A DNA stretch of 64,000 nt from a virus (taxonomy: Duplodnaviria; Heunggongvirae; Uroviricota; Caudoviricetes), in IMG/VR virus record IMGVR_UViG_2595698394_000001, positions 17,866 through 81,865 of that record. One strand, given 5' to 3'. Under the pieces are notes generated by a model. The model was not told the DNA's origin. It searched no databases and saw nothing but the letters and a program-made list of their open reading frames with translations. Positions 55,960 to 64,000 of this stretch are shown here, piece by piece; position 1 is the first letter of the stretch, and every line of letters begins with the position of its first letter. The position numbers were made by a program, and so were the translations under genes.

Positions 55960-56619
55960 TTATTTTTGTATTGTTCTTTGTAAGTCTACTTGATACTTTG
56001 GGTTCCCGTTATTCATCTCAAACTCTGCTGCTGCTCTAGAGATAATTCTGTTAACTAGCTTATTGTCTAGCTCTATTTCTGTGCTTGCAAACTTAGATTC
56101 AGGGTCATCTGGGTTAACTAGAGATATCTTATTTGGGTATCGATAGTATGTGATATTTAAGGAATCAAATAAGAAGTCTTTTATGAAAGCTTTGATATTG
56201 CCTCCTGATAAATAGTAAAGAGATTCTCTCCATTCAAACGAAGGCTCTGTGTTAGAGTCAAATAATTCTGGATTTTCATTCTCAGACTTTATTTCCTCCA
56301 TGTCGATGATCACTTCTTTACAACAATCCTTTGAAGCTACTCCGAATACTGTAGAGAAGTCAAAGAAGTCTGCTGGAAGAGGAAATAGCTGGTAGGTGGC
56401 CTCTTTCTTATTTTCTTTAATAATTTTAGAAGGGACTAGTAGATGTTGAACATATCTTATAGAATCGTCGTCTCTTTTCTTTAAAATATGTTCAATCTCT
56501 TTATCTTCACTTTCAGTATAAATCTCTACAAACTTACCTCTATCACAAGCTATATTGTTAGTCTGTGCATTTTTATTTATTTTTAAAATAAACTTCTCGT
56601 AAGCTTTTTCAGGTAGCAT
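55960..56619 (-). CDS. Putative neck/ring protein
   Basis: Position after the MCP; ITYYRYP..I.L motif and terminal helix resemble crAss-like ring proteins. Confidence 0.5.
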   Translation of the reverse strand: MLPEKAYEKFILKINKNAQTNNIACDRGKFVEIYTESEDKEIEHILKKRDDDSIRYVQHLLVPSKIIKENKKEATYQLFPLPADFFDFSTVFGVASKDCCKEVIIDMEEIKSENENPELFDSNTEPSFEWRESLYYLSGGNIKAFIKDFLFDSLNITYYRYPNKISLVNPDDPESKFASTEIELDNKLVNRIISRAAAEFEMNNGNPKYQVDLQRTIQK

Positions 56620-57600
56620 TTATTCATCTGTTTTACCTATTATTTCTATAGTTAGAGCTTCGTCTTTAGAAGCTTTTTCAGCATAGGTTTTTAAATTTGC
56701 ACCTAGCCTTCTAGAATCTAAGTAGTATTCTGAGCCTTTATAGCTCAACTTACCTTCCTCTAGCATTTCTTGTAGTTTAGAGTAGATGTAAAGTTCGTTC
56801 TCACCAACTTCTGTTTCGAATGTTTCTAATCTTTCTAAGAAAAACTCTGAATTTCTTCCTCCTCTATCATCTTTATCCTCTAGCCATTTTCTAAAGAATG
56901 ACACTACTGTTCTTTCGTTGGAGTTTTTCCCAACTTTTATCCCACAATAAGAAAGGATTTCTAAAGCTTTATCTTTATCACTTTCCCATTTGCTTATAAG
57001 CTTAGACACTGCTTTGTCTTTCTTGTAAGTTTCCTCTTCTTGGGTATTAATTTTTTGTTTGTCATTTACAATACAAAAATCTGCTTGCATGTACTCTGGG
57101 TCCATTTCAGATTCTTTAGGGCAAAGGTCCCTATTGTATATTGCTGTAAATAAGTTGAATAATTGTTCTGGTTTAGATGTATCAAAATACCTGTCTATTC
57201 CTAAAACTATTGAGTGGTTATCTAACCCTCTATCGTCTTTATTTCTAATAACCTCTCCAGTTGGTTTTGGAAGAGGGTCTAGAAAATTTTTTGGCTTAAC
57301 TTTTAGTAAGGGATTGATTAAGTGGGTCGTTAAGTCTCTTAACAAAGCCATCTTTTCTTTCTCCTCCATACCTTCATAACCTGAGGATGTGGTATCTAAA
57401 CCTGTGTCCCATATACCTCTATCAGCATCAAATACTGGAAATACAGTTGTAGTTATTTCATAACTAGGGATTTTAGTAAATCCCATCTTATTGAAACCGT
57501 CAGGAGCTCCTCTCAAATCAGTTTTTTCTACTATCTGATAAATACTATTAAGTTGTATTTCGAAGTCCGTTCCAGGTACTTTTATTTTTTCTTGTGACAT
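56620..57600 (-). CDS. Conserved-position head-module protein (gene immediately after the MCP)
   Basis: 326-aa charged ORF in the crAss-like post-MCP slot; function not recognised. Confidence 0.55.
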   Translation of the reverse strand: MSQEKIKVPGTDFEIQLNSIYQIVEKTDLRGAPDGFNKMGFTKIPSYEITTTVFPVFDADRGIWDTGLDTTSSGYEGMEEKEKMALLRDLTTHLINPLLKVKPKNFLDPLPKPTGEVIRNKDDRGLDNHSIVLGIDRYFDTSKPEQLFNLFTAIYNRDLCPKESEMDPEYMQADFCIVNDKQKINTQEEETYKKDKAVSKLISKWESDKDKALEILSYCGIKVGKNSNERTVVSFFRKWLEDKDDRGGRNSEFFLERLETFETEVGENELYIYSKLQEMLEEGKLSYKGSEYYLDSRRLGANLKTYAEKASKDEALTIEIIGKTDE

Positions 57601-57627
57601 TGTGAACGTTTTTGGTTTTATTCGAGT

Positions 57628-57636
57628 GTAAAGCTA
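57628..57636 (-). promoter_or_regulatory. Promoter-like element TAGCTTTAC inside an imperfect inverted repeat (57626-57657)
   Basis: Lies between the MCP terminator and the ATG at 57600. Confidence 0.4.
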
Positions 57637-57708
57637 CAAATTATGTTTAGCTTACACAAAAACCTAAAATAAAGTTGCCTTTAATAATTGATAGTTATGT
57701 ATTTAATT

Positions 57709-57739
57709 AAAAAGCAGAGAGGTTAGTCTCTGCTTTTTT
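57709..57739 (-). terminator. Intrinsic terminator after the major capsid gene
   Basis: AAAAAGCAGAGA-GGTTAG-TCTCTGCTTTTT perfect 12-bp stem with T-runs on both strands. Confidence 0.8.
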
Positions 57740-57753
57740 ATTTACTATTTCTA

Positions 57754-59460
57754 CTAATAGAAACCTTTTCTTCCTGAATCAGAAAGTTCGATCATTACGA
57801 ATCTAGATATATCCATTAAGTGTAAAGCTACTGAATTGTATGCCCAGAAACTTTGAGCCATTTGCTTATGGCTAGAGATGATATCAGATGATTTTCTTGC
57901 ATCATATCTACCATTCTCACGACCCCAGTATGTCATACCATTCTTTGGTCTAACAAGGTAAAGGTTTGCATCTGACTTTCCACCTTCAACTAAACTGGCT
58001 CCTTTTGGAACTTGAGCGTTGTTACTATAAGCTTGATCCATTGCATCCCAAATTACCATAGAGTAAGTTGTTTCAGCGTGACCATCTTTATGGAAACCTC
58101 TAGATAATCTATCAGTCATGTTATAACCTAAGTCTAAGTTAATATCATGCTCGATGTAAACTCTACCAATACCTGCTAAGAATACCCCAGTAAATCTGAT
58201 GTAGTCTAAGACTAATTCTTGGTTAGAACCATCCTTACTAGTAATTACTGGTTTAGGAAGTAAACTACCACCAGAAGATTGAAGGAAAGGTGCCATTTGA
58301 GCAACTTGTCTGTTAACTTCATCTCCGAAGATTTCAAGTACGTTGTCGTAAGCTTGCTTACCACATTTAAAAGTTACTTGTCTATCCTCAACTTTCATTG
58401 GGTTGCTACGGAATACGTACTCTACTGCTTCTTTAATATGAGAAACTGTTATTGCACCTGGTCTAGCATATTTTATAATCTTACCTCTTCTCAATTGATG
58501 CCATAAACCTTCGTTTACAACTACATGAGAGTTAGCTGTTTTAATTTCTGCTGCTTGAGCGAACATAAGAGATGTAGCTGTAACTTTCTCTAATTCTCTA
58601 AGAACTAAAAATTCTGCTGTAGAAGCTACACCTGCTAATTTTGGTTTACCACCATTCTTACCTTTGTCGAAAATAAGACCTACTTCTCCCATTTTCTCAG
58701 ACTCTAGCATAAGATCGTTCATATAATTTTGAGATCCTTGAGTTGCCCCTGCAAAACCTCTCTTATCTGCATAACCTGTATACATAGACTCGATACCTCT
58801 AGTCCCACCTAGTCTGAAACGAAGTTTCATTTCACCTGGCTTACCTTCAATATCAACAGCTCCGAAATTAGTTCCAAATTCGCCACCTGTTCTTTGTTCT
58901 GTTCTTTCATACCTAACTCCAGATATGAGATTTTTAGGGTTGAAAGATTTTCTTTTATCTTTATCCGCTAATATAACAGTGTGAATAAAAGCGTCTCCAT
59001 CCATGTCTACATCATCATTTGTGATGTAAATTTGTTGACCTCTATAAACGTCATTAGTTAAGATATCTCCAGCACTATATTTTCTGTTAAGACCAATTTT
59101 AAATTTGCCTTCATCAATACCTGGTTTAATTTGATAAGAATAGTCACGGACAGTCATACACTGCTTGTCATTTCTTACAATAGGGTGACTGTATGTAAAT
59201 TCTCCTTCAAAACCATCTACTTCTAGAACTTGTTTTTTTGCATACAGCTCTGGAAAGATACTGTTTGGAATCATTTTTTGGTTCAGGAAGAAGCTTTGCA
59301 TACCCATGTGCATCTTATCAGGATCTTCTTGATACATTCCATACATAGATGGAGTGTCAAAAGAACCAGTAAATGACTTGGCATTTCTCTCGTCCGTGAA
59401 CATGATAATCTGATCGGAGTTGAAATTATACCCCTGTCCTTTTTGGATTACTTTGCTCAT
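57754..59460 (-). CDS. Major capsid protein (crAss-like, HK97 fold)
   Basis: 568 aa; position after portal and scaffold; strong terminator downstream; NEGLWHQL, F....F..G.V.IEHD..LD motifs. Confidence 0.8.
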   Translation of the reverse strand: MSKVIQKGQGYNFNSDQIIMFTDERNAKSFTGSFDTPSMYGMYQEDPDKMHMGMQSFFLNQKMIPNSIFPELYAKKQVLEVDGFEGEFTYSHPIVRNDKQCMTVRDYSYQIKPGIDEGKFKIGLNRKYSAGDILTNDVYRGQQIYITNDDVDMDGDAFIHTVILADKDKRKSFNPKNLISGVRYERTEQRTGGEFGTNFGAVDIEGKPGEMKLRFRLGGTRGIESMYTGYADKRGFAGATQGSQNYMNDLMLESEKMGEVGLIFDKGKNGGKPKLAGVASTAEFLVLRELEKVTATSLMFAQAAEIKTANSHVVVNEGLWHQLRRGKIIKYARPGAITVSHIKEAVEYVFRSNPMKVEDRQVTFKCGKQAYDNVLEIFGDEVNRQVAQMAPFLQSSGGSLLPKPVITSKDGSNQELVLDYIRFTGVFLAGIGRVYIEHDINLDLGYNMTDRLSRGFHKDGHAETTYSMVIWDAMDQAYSNNAQVPKGASLVEGGKSDANLYLVRPKNGMTYWGRENGRYDARKSSDIISSHKQMAQSFWAYNSVALHLMDISRFVMIELSDSGRKGFY

Positions 59461-59493
59461 AATAGTTTTAAATTGGTTGTTTTTGTTTATTAA

Positions 59494-60624
59494 TTATTCG
59501 GCCATCGGTATATCGAAGCCTTCCTCTTTCTCTTTTTCTTGCCTAACTGGATTTTTTGCTTTTGGTTTCATAATCTTAACACTTCTAAGTGCATCCTTAG
59601 TAACCTCAGTTTTGGCTTTAGACTCGTACTTTTTCAAAAAAGCTTCTTTGTCTGATATGAAAGCAATTAAATCAATTGCTTTTTCTGGATCCTGCATCAT
59701 CTCATTGTATAATGAATCTATTGCAAAATCTCCTTCTTCTGTTCTTTTAGTAGCTAAGTCTACATACTTTTTAGTGTATGTATCCCCTATTTCTCTACTT
59801 TTCAAGGCTTTGGTAAGGTTCTTTTTATACTCCTTTTCCTCTTGTTCTAACCTCTTATTATTGTCTTCAAGTTCTTTTTGTTTTGAAGCAACATATTCTT
59901 TAGCCTTAATATTAGTATTCTCAACTATTTTAGCTACTTCTGTGTCAAGATTTAACTCTTTTTTCTTCTCAGCTAATTCAAACCTAGCTGCTTTATCCGA
60001 GTAGCCTTTGTTTAAAAGATGATTGTAATAAATATTTGATTGGACTTGCTCGTTATCCAAGTCTACTCCTTTGTAAGGGTCTAGATAGCTCTCTACATTT
60101 TCTTTAGATCCAAAAATATCTTTTAAGTCTCCTCCTTTAAGAACTAGATCAGCTACTTGCTTTCTTCTCTCATCAACATTTTCTATTGATAAGTAGTTCT
60201 TTTCATAGGATTTCTTAACCTCTGAATCTTGGTCTTCTTTTATTTGGAAAAACGTTTCCTCATCTAGGTCTTCTAACTCAGATAATTCTACTTGGTTTCC
60301 TTCTCCATCTTCTATAAGAACGTTTTGCCAGCTTCCTTTTGCTAATAAAGCCTTAGCTACTTTAGCGTATTCACTGGTCGTTTTAGGTTTATCCTTTTCA
60401 ATCTGTGCCTCAGTTTCTGAGGTTTCAGTTTCTTCTGTAGTTTTGGTTTCTGTGGAGTCAGGTACTTCAACTTCTACAGTATCAGGTACTTTTGGCTTCT
60501 CACCTTCAATAACCATATTTTCTAAGGTTACTTCTTCTTCTACATCTTTTATCTCTGCTGCTTCTGGGTTTACTGCCTTTAACAGGTCATCAAATGACAT
60601 TACTTTTTCTTCTTCTTGTGACAT
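59494..60624 (-). CDS. Acidic coiled-coil scaffold-like protein
   Basis: Very E/D/K-rich; located between portal and MCP. Confidence 0.6.
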   Translation of the reverse strand: MSQEEEKVMSFDDLLKAVNPEAAEIKDVEEEVTLENMVIEGEKPKVPDTVEVEVPDSTETKTTEETETSETEAQIEKDKPKTTSEYAKVAKALLAKGSWQNVLIEDGEGNQVELSELEDLDEETFFQIKEDQDSEVKKSYEKNYLSIENVDERRKQVADLVLKGGDLKDIFGSKENVESYLDPYKGVDLDNEQVQSNIYYNHLLNKGYSDKAARFELAEKKKELNLDTEVAKIVENTNIKAKEYVASKQKELEDNNKRLEQEEKEYKKNLTKALKSREIGDTYTKKYVDLATKRTEEGDFAIDSLYNEMMQDPEKAIDLIAFISDKEAFLKKYESKAKTEVTKDALRSVKIMKPKAKNPVRQEKEKEEGFDIPMAE

Positions 60625-60714
60625 GACAAATTTGCGATTTTTTTATGGTTTTTAAAATTTTCTAAAATTTACTTACATTCATAAATAATAATTATGTTAC
60701 TCTTAATTATTATT

Positions 60715-63477
60715 TTAGTTTTTGTTAACAGTGGCTACATAATTTTTAGAGTCTATTTCTTTGTTTTTTAGATTTAAAGCTTTCAGTTCTTTATTTAGCT
60801 GGGCCATCTTATACGATGTTTCAGCATCACTTTTCTTCTCCTCAATGTCTAGTTTTCTGTTTGCTATTTGACTGTTACTTTCTATTGTCTGTTCTTTAAG
60901 AGAGGCGTCTGTAGCTGCTTTAATTGCTGCTATCCCTGTAGCATCACTTTTCTTATCACTAGCTCTACCTAAAGCGGCTATCTCTTCTTCTTGTAACTTA
61001 GTTCTATTTCTGTTATCCTCTATTAACTTAGTGAAAGCTCTTTCCTCTAGAAGGTTATTTCTTTGAGCTGCCAGTGTTTTATCTAATTGGCTAGCTTCAT
61101 GCTCTCTTGTTTCTGATTCTATTTTCGATTGTCTTTCTCTTTCTGTTTTACCAAATTCTATTAAGAATGCGAAAGAATCAGTTTTAGCAATTTCTGCTAA
61201 AGCTAAAACATCAAATCCTGCTGTATTGTTTTCAAGCATTTTTTGTTTTAGGTTTTCTAGCTGTTTTTTACTCTTAGTGTCTGATGTAGGTCTTACACCA
61301 AGTCTCCTTAAGTGAAACTTATCATCTGAAAAAGCATCAAATATTTTACTATCATCTGTGGCAGTATAGTATGTTGTTATGTCTTTATCATTTTGAACAC
61401 AATATTGCGCAACTGCTAAGTGCAATTCTATTTTTCTTTTTCTAGAATTATTGAATTTAGTATAGATATTATTTGTTTGGGCGTAAGATGCTTCTTGGCC
61501 TACCTTAATACCTTCATTTGTTTGGTACTCATTAGGGGTACCTTTTCTTTGGTCAGTTATACCTATTTGTTCAAAAGCCTGTTGCTTATAATAGTTTGCT
61601 AATACCATCCTATTAGAAATCTCTTCTGAGAAAGTTAGCTTTTGGTTTATGAATGTATTTGCTGTGTTACCAGGCTGCTGAGTATTTTGTTTTCTCATAT
61701 CAACAGGAAAAATACCTATGTCTCTGATAGTCTCTCTAAGTTCAGACAACTGCTCCATAGTATTACCTTCTTTCATATCAGAAGGCAGTAAACCTACATC
61801 TACAATAAAGAAAGAACCTAATTCTTTTTCAGTTAAATGTGTTATCTGGTTTAGTGCAATGTTTACTCCTTTTTGGTAAGGTCTTATTTTTTGTGCTAAA
61901 CTATTTCCAATTATACCTGCAACTGGAAGTTTTACATCATACACTTCGCTGTTACCTTTTATTTGGAAAGGAAGTTCTTCTATCGGAAGATAAATATCTT
62001 CTGTTTTAGATGACCCTGCTATTTTAACTCCAGAATAAACTCTAGGGAAATAAGTAGGGCAAATTATATTAATTTCTTCAGAAGCTTCAAATTCTTCCAA
62101 AGTCATTGTCTTCTTAATCTTAATATTATTCTCTTTGATAAATCCTTTAAGAAGATCCTCTTCTAACAAATCTTCTACTACATACCCTTCTTCAGTTTGA
62201 TACCTTATAGCATAAAAAAGTTTATATCCTTTAAAGTATGCCTCTGTTACTCTAAATGTACTAGAAGTTAATTTTAAATCTTTTCTTAACTCCTTTCCTA
62301 AATTATTTGATACATAAGAATTAGAGTTGTTGTAATTAGATATCCATGTTGGAGTAATAGTTTGGTTACCCTCTTCATCAAAACTAATCTCTTCCCCTAA
62401 TGGTATCCCAAAAGCAGATTGGTATTGAAGGTATATCTCTCTAGTGAAGTAATCCTCGTCAGGGACCATTGTAGTTTGTACTGGTTTTTGATAAGGAGTA
62501 TTTGCTAAAGTACTTCCACTCCTCTCTTTATAAGTGTCATATACATTCGCTAGTTCTTCTATTTTCTTCATAGACAATCTATGACCATAGTTCTCAACTA
62601 TTTGAGAGGCTGTCATTGGAAATATTCTCCCTACATACTCCCCATCTTGAGGATTTGTTATATCTAAAGTCTGAGAGAAAAACGTTAATCTTGGATCCCA
62701 TCTTTCTGGTTTATAAGAGTCATACCCTATTCTATAATGAGTGAAGTATCTACCAGTTAGCAAGTAGTCTCTCATCTCTTCTTTTTCCATATCTTCCATA
62801 GAAAAATCAATAGCATCCTGTTCGTACTTTTTCTCTGCCCATTGAACTGCTCTTACTTTCCAAGATTTAGACATTTGTTTCTCAATTTCTTGAGGGGAGA
62901 CTATTTTTGCTTTCTCTTCTTCTAGAAATTTTAAGTACTCTTGTTTTTCCTCTTCAGACTCAAAATCCTCTTTATTAGGATTTATTCCTTTTAAAGCTAA
63001 TAACCTATTTAAATTATTTGTAAAAGATTTTTTTACATACTCTTGGATCCTTTGTTCTTTTTCTCTTATAAAATCGTTCTTTTCATAATCGTCGTCAGAT
63101 ATAATTCTTATAACATCTGTCATATCAGACAGTTCCCCTACTATTTGATTTACTATCATTCCCAAAACATCATAGTGTTGGATATAAGTAGGAAGCTTCA
63201 CATCCTGCATTATTTTTCCAATGCCTTTTAAGGCACTGTAATCGCTATCTTCCATGAAGTCTTTCTGCACTAGTCTACCATCTACCATATCATAGTAGTC
63301 GTTAAACTCTGCATTATCAACTACTTGCGATAACCCAATACTTTCTAAGGCATCTAATGTATTTTTTTCATAATCAGGCCCTTTTTTAGTTTGGGGCAGC
63401 ATTTGGTTAGGCAATACAGAAGCATCTCCTGCACTGCCTACACCATTATGAAATTGATAGTTTATATTATTTAGCAT
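60715..63477 (-). CDS. Portal protein (crAss-like, with long C-terminal helical barrel)
   Basis: 920 aa after the terminase; IQHYDVLGMIVNQIVGE, DYLLTGRYF, EQIGIT.QR.G motifs; C-terminal coiled coil. Confidence 0.82.
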   Translation of the reverse strand: MLNNINYQFHNGVGSAGDASVLPNQMLPQTKKGPDYEKNTLDALESIGLSQVVDNAEFNDYYDMVDGRLVQKDFMEDSDYSALKGIGKIMQDVKLPTYIQHYDVLGMIVNQIVGELSDMTDVIRIISDDDYEKNDFIREKEQRIQEYVKKSFTNNLNRLLALKGINPNKEDFESEEEKQEYLKFLEEEKAKIVSPQEIEKQMSKSWKVRAVQWAEKKYEQDAIDFSMEDMEKEEMRDYLLTGRYFTHYRIGYDSYKPERWDPRLTFFSQTLDITNPQDGEYVGRIFPMTASQIVENYGHRLSMKKIEELANVYDTYKERSGSTLANTPYQKPVQTTMVPDEDYFTREIYLQYQSAFGIPLGEEISFDEEGNQTITPTWISNYNNSNSYVSNNLGKELRKDLKLTSSTFRVTEAYFKGYKLFYAIRYQTEEGYVVEDLLEEDLLKGFIKENNIKIKKTMTLEEFEASEEINIICPTYFPRVYSGVKIAGSSKTEDIYLPIEELPFQIKGNSEVYDVKLPVAGIIGNSLAQKIRPYQKGVNIALNQITHLTEKELGSFFIVDVGLLPSDMKEGNTMEQLSELRETIRDIGIFPVDMRKQNTQQPGNTANTFINQKLTFSEEISNRMVLANYYKQQAFEQIGITDQRKGTPNEYQTNEGIKVGQEASYAQTNNIYTKFNNSRKRKIELHLAVAQYCVQNDKDITTYYTATDDSKIFDAFSDDKFHLRRLGVRPTSDTKSKKQLENLKQKMLENNTAGFDVLALAEIAKTDSFAFLIEFGKTERERQSKIESETREHEASQLDKTLAAQRNNLLEERAFTKLIEDNRNRTKLQEEEIAALGRASDKKSDATGIAAIKAATDASLKEQTIESNSQIANRKLDIEEKKSDAETSYKMAQLNKELKALNLKNKEIDSKNYVATVNKN

Positions 63478-63498
63478 TTAATCTTATAATTAAGTAGT

Positions 63499-63507
63499 GC
63501 AAACTTA
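63499..63507 (-). promoter_or_regulatory. Bacteroidota -7 element TAAGTTTGC
   Basis: Exact TAnnTTTG match in the terminase-portal gap, 21 nt upstream of the portal ATG. Confidence 0.55.
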
Positions 63508-63551
63508 CGTATTTTAAGTCTTTGTTAAAAATTCCTTAAATTTTATTAAGT

Positions 63552-64000
63552 TTAAAAGTACCTACCTCTTCCTCTAGCAAAAGTTTTGTGATTCCTAGCT
63601 TTGTCTTTTTTAGTTACTTCTTTAGGATCTTTTGGCTTTACTTCCTCATTAAATGTTATATAGTTCGCTGTAAAGTAGTGGTCCTGGATTAAAGCATGTC
63701 CAAATGCTATTACCCTATCAAAGTTTCCTTTATCATTGTACTTAATAAGCTCCTCTAATAACCCTAAATCATCTATAAGTTCTATTCCTAAAAACTCAGA
63801 GAAACTACCATCTTCGTTATATACTTTATGTTTTTTGTTACAGTATTTTACAACAGCTCCAATAACCGTTTTCTTATTAGCAGTAGGAGATAACCCAAAC
63901 TGTCTGTTGCCGTTTCCTTGTATAGAGACATCTCCAGACATGTTAAATGTTTTCTGCAAGTATTGTTCCATTACTACATTTTGACCAGCTAAATCCTCAA
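63552..64000 (-). CDS. terL: Terminase large subunit, C-terminal part (5' truncated by window edge)
   Basis: Frame is open to the window edge (…EDLAGQNVVMEQYL…); IDDLGLLEELIKYNDKGNFDRVIAF resembles the C-terminal nuclease end of crAss-like TerL; upstream of the portal. Confidence 0.75.
   Translation of the reverse strand, partial: EDLAGQNVVMEQYLQKTFNMSGDVSIQGNGNRQFGLSPTANKKTVIGAVVKYCNKKHKVYNEDGSFSEFLGIELIDDLGLLEELIKYNDKGNFDRVIAFGHALIQDHYFTANYITFNEEVKPKDPKEVTKKDKARNHKTFARGRGRYF

Larger units (their letters stand above)
1..64000 (-). mobile_element. Segment of a large crAss-like (Bacteroidota-infecting) tailed phage genome: packaging, head, lysis, tail, cargo and accessory genes
   Basis: Dense unidirectional coding; the order terminase-portal-scaffold-MCP-...-tail tube-muzzle-giant cargo genes matches the crAss-like virion module; no integrase or host housekeeping genes seen. 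Confidence 0.92.

Noticed and set aside
60685-60712. AT-only inverted repeat after the portal gene as a terminator; CAAATTTG at 60627-60634 as a promoter
   Set aside because: The stem has no G-C pairs and is expected by chance at this AT content; the promoter-like octamer lacks the conserved initial T and abuts the start codon
547-63984. All plus-strand ORFs in the track (e.g. 9349-9744, 35623-36126, 59420-60004)
   Set aside because: Each lies antisense within a long, motif-bearing minus-strand gene, has no recognisable motifs, and shows the Ser/Leu/Phe-rich composition expected of shadow frames
1-64000. CRISPR arrays, tRNA/rRNA genes, introns or inteins, and stop-codon reassignment
   Set aside because: No regularly spaced repeat-spacer arrays or cloverleaf-like sequences in the short gaps; core genes are uninterrupted with no intein or homing-endonuclease motifs; the standard code gives near-complete coding density

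Overview
The window is a 64-kb slice of a large, AT-rich, apparently lytic dsDNA phage genome with a crAss-like, short-tailed virion module. The host is most likely a Bacteroidota/Flavobacteriaceae member, inferred from TAnnTTTG-type promoters, A-rich leaders without Shine-Dalgarno motifs, and Bacteroidota-type domains. Essentially every credible gene is on the minus strand. In transcription order (right to left) the window holds: terminase large subunit (3' part), portal, acidic scaffold-like protein, major capsid protein, and neck/auxiliary capsid genes; a lysis cassette (holin-like, cupin, amidase endolysin, spanin-like); small Cys-rich tail-hub genes; five consecutive beta-helix tailspike/depolymerase genes and two tail-fibre genes; ring/HU-like/tail-tube/muzzle genes; six putative virion-ejected cargo genes with a SLOG gene inserted among them; and, after a terminator and a new promoter, an accessory operon ending in a CCA-adding enzyme and a WGR-HD-ART (PARP-like) ADP-ribosyltransferase. 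Four observations stand out. (1) A phage PARP-like gene with an intact H-Y-E triad lies next to a CCA enzyme, with a SLOG gene nearby. (2) Two cargo proteins are punctuated by eight phi-[Q/K]-x-G-G motifs, which in one protein fall at the boundaries of a lysozyme domain and two HExxH zincin domains, suggesting processed polyproteins. (3) The tailspike array carries about six beta-helix domains built from shared anchor modules and two paralogue pairs. (4) A single spanin-like gene ends in a possible outer-membrane beta-signal. All assignments come from motif reading and gene-order knowledge; no database searches were run.
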